Shown here one piece after another: positions 11,635 through 23,800 of a stretch of 64,000 bases of DNA. Source of the stretch: Macrostomum lignano (lineage: Eukaryota); the NCBI GenBank assembly GCA_002269645.1, contig NIVC01002509.1, forward strand, positions 65,803 through 129,802, given 5' to 3'. Position 1 is the stretch's first letter. Each line of letters starts with the position of its first letter. The position numbers and the translations under genes are program-made. A model generated the notes under the pieces. It did not search any database. It was not told the origin of the DNA and was given only the letters and a program-made list of their open reading frames with translations.

Positions 11635-12140
11635 AGGCCAAGTGTGCATTGAGACAGAGATGGGGTGGTGGGTGGGCTAAGACTAACCTTGAGTGGATTC
11701 GAATGGCCAAGTGTACATAGAGACAGAGATGGGGTGGTGGGTGGCTGAGGCAGGGGTTCAATGGATCGGTTTAGAATAGCCAAGTGTAGATTCAGACGGA
11801 GATGGGGTGGTGGGTGGGCTAAGACTAACCTTGAGTGGATTCGAATGGCCAAGTGTACATAGAGACGGAGATGGGGTGGTGGGTGGCTGAGGCAGGGGTT
11901 CAATGAATCGGTTTAGAATAGCCAAGTGTACATTCAGACGGAGATGGGGTGGTGGGTGGGCTGAGGATGAGGTGAAGTGGGTTTAGATCATAGCCAAGTG
12001 TACATTGAGATGAGAATGGTGTGGTGGGTGGCTGAGGCAAGGGTTCAATGAACCGGTTTAGAATAACCAAGTGTACATTGAGACGGTAATGGGGTGGCGG
12101 GTGGCTGAGGCAGGGTCATTGGACCGGTTTAGAATGGCTA
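11635..12140. repeat. G-rich tandem repeat with alternating 69- and 73-bp monomers (142-bp higher-order unit), upstream of the PGAP2 ATG
   Basis: GCCAAGTGT anchors at 11637, 11706, 11779, 11848 and 11921; each monomer carries GGGGTGGTGGGTGG. Confidence 0.9.
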
Positions 12141-13884
12141 CTGTGCGGCGGGCATCACTAAATTTATTGAAATGACAATGCTAGTTGTTGTTTCTGATAA
12201 ACTAGCAAATATTAGCGACAAATGTTAATTAAATAAAAACTCAGCAATGCAATAAGACGAAACGCTCAAAGGCCATGAAAAAGCGACGAATTGGCAGCGA
12301 TGAGCAACTGAAAATTGTTTATACTATTATTATAAATATATGAATATTATTTGGTAAAACTTTGTTCGTACAATCAATGAATGTTTCAATAAATGATGGA
12401 GACAAAACAGTAAAATAATTTATACTACTTATATTTAAAAGAAGCATACACGCACACACTGTGCTGCAAGTCTGACTGCAATTTGAAAAAATTATTAGTG
12501 TCTACAGGTACAGGCAAAACAGACAAACGAATGGACAAAACGTACTTTAATAAAAATTATAAGCATGAGCACGCGCATGATCAAGAAGCTCAAGGTAAGT
12601 TTCAAATACTAGAAACTGTTTTTCTATCAAATCTGAGAAGGAGTGTTTTATTAAAATTGAGAAAATCCATCTTAAAACCACAGTTCAAAGATAGACGTAT
12701 AGAGATGAAACCTGAACAAACAGAAGCGACTACTGACTAGATAGAGTGCGGATGAGATTCCATAATGAACACTACCGTAAATACAGGTAAAAATGGATAA
12801 GAGAAGAAAGTACTTTTGCCAGATCGCAGACCTGTTAAAACCCAAATCAATCAATCACCAACAACCATTTGAATTTCGGTTTATAATAGACAAAATATAA
12901 ATAGCTATTGCGCTAAACTGTGTACTTTAAGTAGGCAGTATGGAATACAGAAGCGGAAAAAACACTCACCATAGATAAAAGGAAAAGAGGTAAAGCTTTT
13001 CAATTTATTACTAGTAAGTAGCATGTGTACAGAGATTACTGAAACACCCGAGTGTGGAAACTAAGCAGGTAAATCAACTGCTTATTGAGAATAGCTAAGA
13101 AAGAGTAGGTCATTAGAGCTGATTAGTGAAATAAATAAATGGCGCCTTGGCTTCTCAGTAATACAATTAGCCAATCAATAACTTTAGTACGTTTAATTAG
13201 TTAAAGCACCGATGCTTAGAAAGCTTCAGAGAAGGCGAGTCACACTACTTAGCTACCGAGCAGGAAAGTAGCATATTGCAATTTTAAAATACGATTATTA
13301 AAGTACAGTACACCGCAAGCTAAAAAACACAATAATTTGAAGAGTTTATTTCGCAATGCGCATGAAACATGAAGCATATTTAAAAAATATCAGAAGTGCA
13401 TTTAGAAGCAGCAGAAACATGTGTACGACAGTAAGTGTGCTCGTACGAGGTCAGAGCGAAATGATTCGTGCCAGGTTTAACAATAACAGATGCTGTGCAT
13501 TGGGCTACGGCTGCATATTAGTATTTTAGTTTACACAATCGTAATGAAAATAAAATTCATTTGCAAAGCGAAATATGCCCACGTGTGTTCTGAGTTTAGC
13601 ACTGAAAAACAAAAGCAAGCAGGCCTACATTGGTAAAAAAAGCAATCGTTTATATAACAAAACAATATTGGGAAAGCAACAACAACGTGGAAAACCAAGT
13701 TACAAGTATATAAGTAAAGGTCAATTTTCACATCAAAGCTTAATAGCTTCTTTTTATATTGATCTACGAGTATATTTTTACCACAGTAAATATTTCTTAT
13801 TTTCATTTCTATTTTTATAGATAACTACCTGTGTTTTAGCTATTACCTTTAAATATGAAAGTCCTAATAACTTATCAATAGCTC

Positions 13885-14742
13885 TATCTGTGAGTAGGTC
13901 ATAATTATCACTATTTTATAGCTTCACATGTGGACAGGCCATAATTATCACCAATTTTATAGCTCCACCTGTGAGCAGGCCATAATTATCACCAATTTTA
14001 TAGCTCCACCTGTGGACAGGCCATAATTATCACCTATTTTATAGCTCCACCTGTGAGCAGGCCATAATTATCACCTATTTTATAGCTCCACCTGTGAGCA
14101 GGCCATAATTATCACCTATTTTATAGCTCCATCCGTGAGCAGGCCATAATTATCACCTATTTTATAGCTCCACCCGTGAGCAGGCCATAATTATCACCTA
14201 TTTTATAGCTTCACCCGTGAGCAGGCCATAATTATCATCAATTTTATAGCTTCACCTGTGAGCAGGCTATAATTATCATCAATTTTATAGCTTCACCTGC
14301 GGACAGGCCATAATTATCACTAATTTTATAGCCCCACTGTGGACAGGCCATAATTATCACCTATTTTATAGCTTCACCTGTGAGCAGGCCATAATTATCA
14401 TCAATTTTATAGCTTCACCTGTGAGCAGGCCATAATTATCATCAATTTTATAGCTTCACCTGTGAGCAGGCCATAATTATCACCAATTTTATAGCTCCAC
14501 CTGTGAGCAGGCCATAATTATCACCAATTTTATAGCTCCACCTGTAAAACTTATCACCAATTTTATAGCTCTACCTGTGAGCAGGCCATAATTATCACCA
14601 ATTTTATAGCTCCACCTGTGAGCAGACCATAATTATCACCAATTTTATAGCTCCACTTGTAGACAGGCCATAATTATCACCAATTTTATAGCTCTACCTG
14701 TGGACAGGCCATAATTATCACCTATTTTATAGCTCCACCTGT
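13885..14742. repeat. 41-bp minisatellite (GCTCCACCTGTGAGCAGGCCATAATTATCACCAATTTTATA), about 20 copies, just downstream of the MCT stop codon
   Basis: Direct inspection. Confidence 0.96.
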
Positions 14743-14800
14743 GGGTAACAAACAAAGAAACAATAAAAAATATAAATCCAATGAGCCCCTCGACCGCAGC

Positions 14801-17800
14801 TCAGATTCGGCTCTCGAACTCGGCCTCCGCAGTTTCCTGCTCGTCAGAAGCAGCAGCAGCAGCCGCTGTCGAAGACGCGCCGGCAGCGGCAGCGGCAGGG
14901 AACTGATCCTGATAAGTTGGCAGCTCGACAGCCGACTGAGCGGCAGTGGCCGGCGCCATCTGCGGAGTCTGCGGCGCCGAAAATTCGAAAGTATCCCCGC
15001 CGATGGCCAGCATAGGCAGCTGGCGACTGCCGATGGCGGAAGCTACGCCGGAACCACCGCCGCTGCCAGACGTAGCCGTCCGTTGTCGGTTCCGACCGCG
15101 GCTCCTACGCAGCTCTTCGCGCCGCTCCTCCCACTGGCTGAGGCGGCGAAGCGGCACGCCGAGCAGGCCGGACAGAATCAGAAAGCAGCCGGCCAGGTAG
15201 AAGCTCAGCGAATAGTTCGGCGTCGGATCCAGCTGGTCGATCGCCGAGCCGAGCGGCGGTCCGACAACGATGCCGACGCCTTGGAACAGCAGCAGCAGGC
15301 CGTAGGCATTGGTCAGGCGGTCCAGGCCCATTAGTTCCACCACCAGGATGGTGCGCAGCGACACCCAGGCAGCTGTAAGAAAATTTGAAGAGTTGCAAAA
15401 AAAATTATGCAATGATAATTTGAGGCATTTTTAATACCCGGTTTCGTTTCCATGCGCAGCCGAATTCACCTGGGGCTTAGTGCACGTAATTGGGGGCTGA
15501 TAAAGTATGTCAGACTGTCTAATGTTAATCTATCTATCAAAGTATGTCAGACTGTCTAATGTTCATCTATCAAAGTATGTCAGACTGTCTAATGTTCATC
15601 TATCAAAGTATGTCAGACTGTCTAATGTTCATCTATCAAAGTATGTCAGACTGTCTAATGTTCATCTATCAAAGTATGTCAGACTGTCTAATGTTCATCT
15701 ATCAAAGTATGTCAGACTGTCTAATGTTCATCTATCAAAGTATGTCAGACTGTCTAATGTTCATCTATCAAAGTATGTCAGACTGTCTAATGTACATCCA
15801 TAAAAGTATGTCAGACTGTCTAATGTACATCGATCAAAGTATGTCAGACTGTCTAATGTACATCCATAAAAGTATGTCAGACTATCTAATGTACATCGAT
15901 CAAAGTATGTCAGACTGTCTAATGTACATCCATAAAAGTATGTCAGACTATCTGATGTACATCTATCAAAGTATGCCAGACTGTCTAATGTTAATCTATC
16001 AAAGTATGTCAGACTGTCTGATGTACATCTATCAAAGTATGTCAGACTGTCTAATGTTAATCTATCAAAGTATGTCAGACTGTCTGATGTACATCTATCA
16101 AAGTATGTCAGACTGTCTAATGTTAATCTATCAAAGTATGTCAGACTGTCTAATGTTAATCTATCAAAGTATGTCAGACTGTCTGATGTACATCTATCAA
16201 AGTATGTCAGACTGTCTAATGTTAATCTATCAAAGTATGTCAGACTGTCTAATGTTAATCTATCAAAGTATGTCAGATTGTCTGATGTACATCTATCAAA
16301 GTATGTCAGACTGTCTAATGTTAATCTATCAAAGTATGTCAGACTGTCTGATGTACATCTATCAAAGTATGTCAGACTGTCTAATGTTAATCTATCAAAG
16401 TATGTCAGACTGTCTGATGTACATCTATCAAAGTATGTCAGACTGTCTAATGTTAATCTATCAAAGTATGTCAGACTGTCTGATGTTAATCTATCAAAGT
16501 ATGTCAGACTGTCTGATGTTAATCTATCAAAGTATGCCAGACTGTCTGATGTTAATCTATCAAAGTATGCCAGGCTGTCTAATATCCACCGATCAAAGTA
16601 TGTCAGATTTTTCTGTTTATCAAGGTAAGCTATCATGTTGTCTAGTATTTAATATATTCCAAGACACCCGCAAAATAGTATGCCAATAGTATGTCATTCA
16701 ATCAAGCCGCACTGAGAAGAGCATGCACAGATACGCACCGATAAATAGTCCGTAGCAACAGGCGCAACCAATCATTGGCTCCAATGTGTGACAGAACGGA
16801 ATGAAAGCCGTGGCCAGACCGGCGCCAATCAGTGCCAGGTTGTTTATCCACAGCGCATCCGCCCAAGAGCGATCCGAGGCCCAGCCTGGAAATAATAGGG
16901 CGATGCTGGGATCTGGGACTTCAGGGACTGGCTGCTTCTCGCTGGGATCTGGGACTTCAGGGACTGGCTGCTTCTTGCTGGGATCTGGGACTTCAGGGAC
17001 TGGCTGCTTCTCGCTGGGATCTGGGACTTCAGGGACTGGCTGCTTCTTGCTCGGATCTGGGACTTCAGGGACTGGCTGCTTCTTGCTGGGATCTGGGACT
17101 TCAGGGACTGGCTGCTTCTTGCTGGGATCTGGGACTTCAGGGACTGGCTGCTTCTGGGACTTGGGATCTTATATTTTAGGTACTTCACAATCTGATCTGA
17201 CCCACCTGCAACGATTCGTCCGACAGTGTTCGCAACGCCAATTAGCGTAACAAGTAGCGTAGCGTCGTTGTGCGGAATACCGCGTTTCATTGCGTAGCCC
17301 TTGATAAACTGGTAGAACTGAAGGAAGCCTGTGTTAAATAAGCGATAGTAGTATAGTATGAGTATGTTAGACCAGTCTGGGGAGTTGGAAGTACTTGAAA
17401 TGGATTAAGAAATATTCGCAATAGATTCGGAATGTATTCGGAATAGATTCGGAAATATTTGGAATAGATTTGGAAATATTCGGAATGGATTCGCAATAGA
17501 TTCGCAATAGATTCGGAAATATTTGGAATAGATTCGCAAAAGATTCGGAATAGATTCGAGAATATTCGGAATAGATTCGCAATAGATTCGGAATAGATTC
17601 GCTATAGATTCGGAATAGATTCGGAATGGATTCGGAATAGATTCGGAATGAATTCGGAATAGATTCGGAATATATTCGGAATGAATTCGGAATAGATTCG
17701 GAATAGATTTGGAATGGATTTGGAATAGATTCGGAATAGATTTGGAATGGATTCGGAATAGATTCGGAATGGATTCGGAATAGATTCGGAATGAATTCGG

Positions 17801-20800
17801 AATAGATTCGGAATATATTCGGAATGAATTCGGAATAGATTCGGAATAGATTTGGAATGGACTTGGAATAGATTCGGAATAGATTTGGAATGGATTCGGA
17901 ATAGATTCGGAATGGATTCGGAAATGATTCGGAATAGATTTGAAAATATTCGGAATAGATTTGGAAATATTCGGAATAGATTCGGAAATATTCGGAATAG
18001 ATTTGGAAATATTCGGAATAGATTCGGAATAGATTCGGAAATATTCGGAATAGATTCGGAAATATTCGGAATAGATTCGGAAATATTCGGAATAGATTCG
18101 GAAATATTCGGAATAGATTCGGAAATATTCGGAATAGATTCGCAATAGATTCGGAATAGATTCGGAATATATTCGGAATGAATTCGGAATAGATTCGGAA
18201 TAGATTTGGAATGGATTTGGAATAGATTCGGAATAGATTTGGAATGGATTCGGAATAGATTCGGAATGGATTCGGAATAGATTCGGAATGAATTCGGAAT
18301 AGATTCGGAATATATTCGGAATGAATTCGGAATAGATTCGGAATAGATTTGGAATGGACTTGGAATAGATTCGGAATAGATTTGGAATGGATTCGGAATA
18401 GATTCGGAATGGATTCGGAAATGATTCGGAATAGATTTGAAAATATTCGGAATAGATTTGGAAATATTCGGAATAGATTCGGAAATATTCGGAATAGATT
18501 TGGAAATATTCGGAATAGATTCGGAATAGATTCGGAAATATTCGGAATAGATTCGGAAATATTCGGAATAGATTCGGAAATATTCGGAATAGATTCGGAA
18601 ATATTCGGAATAGATTCGCAATAGATTCGGAATAGATTCAAAAATATTCGGAGTAGATTTGGAAACATTTGAAATTTTGAAATATCGAACATAGACCCTC
18701 CCAATCTCACCGAGCATAGTGAGCACGGAAGACACCAGCAGCAGACAGAATGTTGGAGACTTCAGTATTGACACATCCAGCATCTGCTTAATAGCGGACT
18801 TGGCCGGAGCGGCAGGCCTACCGGCATCTGGCGGAATGCTAGTGACCGATCGATAATACTCTCTAGTGCCAGCCACGCTCATCTTGCTCCTGGTGTACTC
18901 ATTCAACTGGTGCAGGGAGCCGCTATGGAATACGTCCTTCCTATTCATAGGCCTGAGCATCTCTCTGAGCACAGATTTTGATATAGCTTCTCGAACTTCC
19001 TCCGTGACAGCCAGCTGGTGTTGCCCAGCAACATCGTCCGGACCAGTTGAGCACCGGTGCAAATCCACTCCGGAAACAAATCTGGAGTGCTCGGGCGATT
19101 GCGGCTCCGAGCTGACCGATAACTGCTGCTGCCGCTGCGGCTGCTCCATGGACGGCGAATTATTCAAAGACGTCTGACTTTGCGAATAGTCGCGTACGAG
19201 CTGCGGCACGCTGCTCTTCATTGCGGCGGCGTTGCCAGGGATCGCAGCAGCGGTGGCGGCTGAATTATTCGTTGCCGCGGTAGCCGCGGCCGCTGAGTTC
19301 GCCGCGGCGGCTGCGGCGGCGGCATTCGAGTCGTTCAAGGCTGCGCTGCTGCGATTGGCGAGGCGGCGAGAGGCGTTGGTCTTCCTGCGCAGGACGGTCT
19401 CGGCGATGCGGTGCAGCGCTTCCGAGCTCATCACTGGCTGGTCGTCGAAGTCGGGCGGCGGCGGCTCAACCCGATTAGCCGTGGTGATGATCCAGCCATT
19501 TAGGGAGCCCTGGGGGAGTCCGGAGTGATGCAATCGGGATTACTGCTATCTATATTCGAATGCTTGGTAACGATGTACGGATATTTGCGATGAGTCCAAA
19601 AATAGTTATGCCAAAGGCGATCCCTAGAAAAGCAATTATGCCAATAGGCTGTTTCATAGAAACACTATTATACCCAATTTGTTGTTTCCTGGAAACAATA
19701 ATACCAAGAGTCTGTTTCCTAGAAACATGAATACAGCCAATAGACTGTTTCCTAGAAACATGAATACAGCCAATAGACTGTTTTCTAGAAACACGAATAC
19801 AGCCAATAGACTGTGTTCCTAGAAACATGAATACAGCCAATAGACTGTTTTCTAGAAACATGAATACAGCCAATAGACTGTTTTCTAGAAACATGAATAC
19901 AGCCAATAGACTGTTTCCTAGAAACATGAATACAGCCAACAGACTGTGTTCCTAGAAACATGAATACAGCCAATAGACTGTTTTCTAGAAACATGAATAC
20001 AGCCAATAGACTGTTTCCTAGAAACATGAATACAGCCAACAGACTGTGTTCCTAGAAACATGAATACAGCCAACAGACTGTGTTCCTAGAAACATGAATA
20101 CAGCCAACAGACTATGTTCCTAGAAACATGAATACAGCCAATAGACTGTTTCCTAGAAACATGAATACAGCCAATAGACTGTTTCCTAGAAACACGAATA
20201 CAGCCAATAGACTGTTGCCTAGAAACACGATGATAACAAAGTCTGTTTCCTAGCAACGCAAATATCCGAATATACTAATTCCTAGAAATAAATATAACCA
20301 ATACTCCAACAGTCTGTTTCCTATAAGAATAATAATAATAATTGATTAGTGATTACACCTGCCCCAATTAGGCCAGACGTGCAACCGACAGCTCAGCCGC
20401 AGCTATTGCGCGGCGCATCTGAAGGCTGCGTACGGCTGTTCAGTCCAATGACTGGGGGTCGCCACACACACCCTCAATTACCCCGGCTAATGCTGGCACC
20501 CATTTTATAGCTAGATGAACTGAAGTAATGCAGAGTTAAGTGTCTTTTTCAAGGACACCAACTGTTCCAGTGGGATCAGAAATCGAACCCCCGACCTTCA
20601 AGTCGTGAGTCGACGTTCTAACCACCAAGACAACAGCCACTAGAAACACAAATATCCTACCACACAGAACTAATTCAAAGTCTTAGAAAAAAATATATAT
20701 TCATAAGTGGAAGCCGTTAATGAAAAAACGGACTATGATTCTTCAAACTCACCTGACTAACATTCCGCTCTCGCTTCTTATTCTCAATCAATTTCTTCAT

Positions 20801-23800
20801 TATATTGCCTTTCACCCGAGGCTTCCCCTTAGCGATGCGGCGCTTCTCTCTCAGACTTAAAATTTCGTAGTAGCGCTCCAACGGCATCATGAAGCTGCCG
20901 GCTAGGGCGCAGTTAAGCACCAGTGCCGACAGGATCATAAGCGTACCGCGCCAAGAGAAGTGCTCAATTGTCCGATCGATTAGCACCGAAAATATTGCGG
21001 TGCCGATGCCGCTGCCGCACACGGCGATGCCGGTGGCGAAAGCTCGCCGACTTTCGAACCAGAAGCCAACGGTGACCACGGCGGGCAGGTACACTAGGCC
21101 GAAGCTGATACCTGCGAGAGAGGGGGGCGGGACAGAGTGAGAGGGGGTAGGAGAGGCAGAGGCTGATAGAGAGGAGGGAGATGGCAGTAGAGGACGACAG
21201 AGGGCGGAAGATGGCAGTAGAGGGCGGTAGAGAGGGCAGAAGATGGCAGGAGAAAGGGCGGAAGATGAAAGTAGAGGGCGGTAGAGAGGGCAGAAGATGG
21301 CAGTAGAGGGCGGTAGAGAGGGCAGAAGATGGCAGTAGAGGGCGGTAGAGAGGGCAGAAGATGGCAGGAGAAAGGGCGGAAGATGAAAGTAGAGGGCGGT
21401 AGAGAGGGCAGAAGATGGCAGTAGATGGCGGTAGAGAGGGCGGAAGATGGCAGGAGAAAGGGCGGAAGAGAGGGCAGAAGATGGCAGTAGAGGTCAGAAG
21501 ATGGCAGTAGAGGGCAGCAAAGAGGGCGGAAGATGGCAGTAGAGGGCGACAGAGGGCGGAAGATGACAGTAGATGGCGGAAGATGGCAGTAGAGGGCGGA
21601 AGAGAGGGCGGAAGATGGCAATAGAGGGCGGGAGAGGGCGGGAGATGGCAGTAGAGGGCGGAAGATGGCAATAGAGGGCGGGAGATGGCAGTAGAGGGCG
21701 AAAGATGGCAATAGAGGGCGGGAGAGGGCGGGAGATGGCAGTAGAGGAGGGCGGAAGAGAGGGCGGAAGATGGCAATAGAGGGCGGGAGAGGGCGGGATA
21801 TGGCAGTAGAGGGCGGTAGAAGGGGTGGGACGCCAGAGAGACTGGATGAAGGGAATAGATTTCCCAACAACAACAGATAATTACTATTACACTAACAGAT
21901 GACAGGTTAATAAAGTTCGAGTAGAACTTTTTTCAGCCCACTAACAGGCCAGCTTAACCTCTTAATTCGGCCTTATTAAGCAACAACAAAAAATTACGCA
22001 ATTGATTACGTTTTAGTTGGACAAATTGAACTGTCTAAGAGTTTCCGGTTTGCCGTATGCAAAATGCTGCGATATGATAGACGTGGCACTAAACATTTCT
22101 TATAAAGGTGCAGCCCAAGAGGCCACTAGCGCGCTGCCAATACAACCGTGAAATGTTGAAAAGCAGAACTGATGTTTATCAAGTAAGTCAGCCTATAAAG
22201 TTACCTGGAGTTGCAATGCGATACTTAGCTAACTATAACTTAATTTGGATATGGTAGCAACAAATCTGTCTCCACAGTCTGTACACAGACTGACTGGAAA
22301 GCCTCCATACAGTCTGCAAGCCGTAACAAACAGCCCCACACCAAATTGAATTCTAATGTAATTTCTATACTGAACCTAAAGCTTTAATGATTGTAAACTG
22401 ATTTTATTGATATAATAATCATTATTACATTACTGACAGGTGTCAACAGATAGTATGCGTGTACCGACGTTTACCCATCAACATGCATCAATTTATAGAA
22501 ATTTTAATGAAAAAATACACTTATCTTTATAACTCACCTCCTAGTACCCCGAATATAACAACAAATGCGTAGAAGTTTGTAAGATAAGAGGCTATGAAGA
22601 ATGACAAGCAGGCCAATACTGAGCCAGCCATAACCACTGGCCTGGAGCCAAATGTGTTTGCCAGAGCCGAGCTGATGGGACCTGCGGGTGAGAAAGGAGC
22701 AAGCATTCATATGTACTTCTTATTCTTACAATATTAACCATGATCTTAGTTACCATTCTTAGAATGATCTGATTCCTATTCATAGAAAGATCTAGTTCCC
22801 ATTCATAGAATGATCTAGCTTCCATTCATAGAATGATCTGGTTCCTATTCATAGAATGATCTAGTTCCCATTCATAGAATGATCTAGTTCCCATTCATAG
22901 AATGATCTAGTTCCCATTCATAGAATGATCTAGTTCCCATTCATAGAATGATCTAGTTCCCATTCATAGAATGATATAGTTCCCATTCATAGAATGATCT
23001 AGCTTCCATTCATAGAATGATCTAGTTCCTATTCATAGAATGATCTAGTTCCCATTCATAGAATGATCTAGTTCACATTCATAGAATGATCTGGTTCCCA
23101 TTCATAGAATGATCTAGTTCCCATTCATAGAATGATCTGGTTTCCATTCATAGAATGATCTAGTTCCTATTCATAGAATGATCTAGCTCCTATTCATAGA
23201 ATGATCTAGCTCCCATTCATAGAATGATCTAGCTCCTATTCATAGAATGATCTAGTTTCCATTCATAGAATGATCTGGTTCCTATTCATAGAATAATCTG
23301 GTTCCCATTCATAGAATGATCTGGTTCCTATTCATAGAATGATCTGGTTCCTATTCATAGAATGATCTAGTTCCCATTCATAGAATGATCTAGCTCCCAT
23401 TCATAGAATGATCTAGTTCCTATTCATAGAATGATCTAGCTCCCATTCATAGAATGATCTAGTTCCCATTCATAGAATGATCTAGTTTCCATTCATAGAA
23501 TGATCTAGTTTCCATTCATAGAATAATCTAGTTTCCATTCATAGAATGATCTAGTTCCCATTCATAGAATGATCTAGCTCCCATTCATAGAATGATCTAG
23601 CTCCCATTCATAGAATGATCTAGTTCCCATTCATAGAATGATCTAGTTCCCATTCATAGAATGATCTAGCTCCCATTCATAGAATGATCTAGCTCCCATT
23701 CATAGAATGATCTAGTTCCCATTCATAGAATGATCTAGTTCCCATTCATAGAATGATCTAGCTCCCATTCATAGAATGATCTAGCTCCCATTCATAGAAT

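Noticed and set aside
15507-18710. ORFs of 100-450 aa (QSMSDCLM..., SESIPN..., LGSGTSGTGCF...) and the repetitive tail of the 643-aa ORF
   Set aside because: Tandem-repeat artefacts. The 643-aa ORF is real only from 19509 to the donor at 18711.
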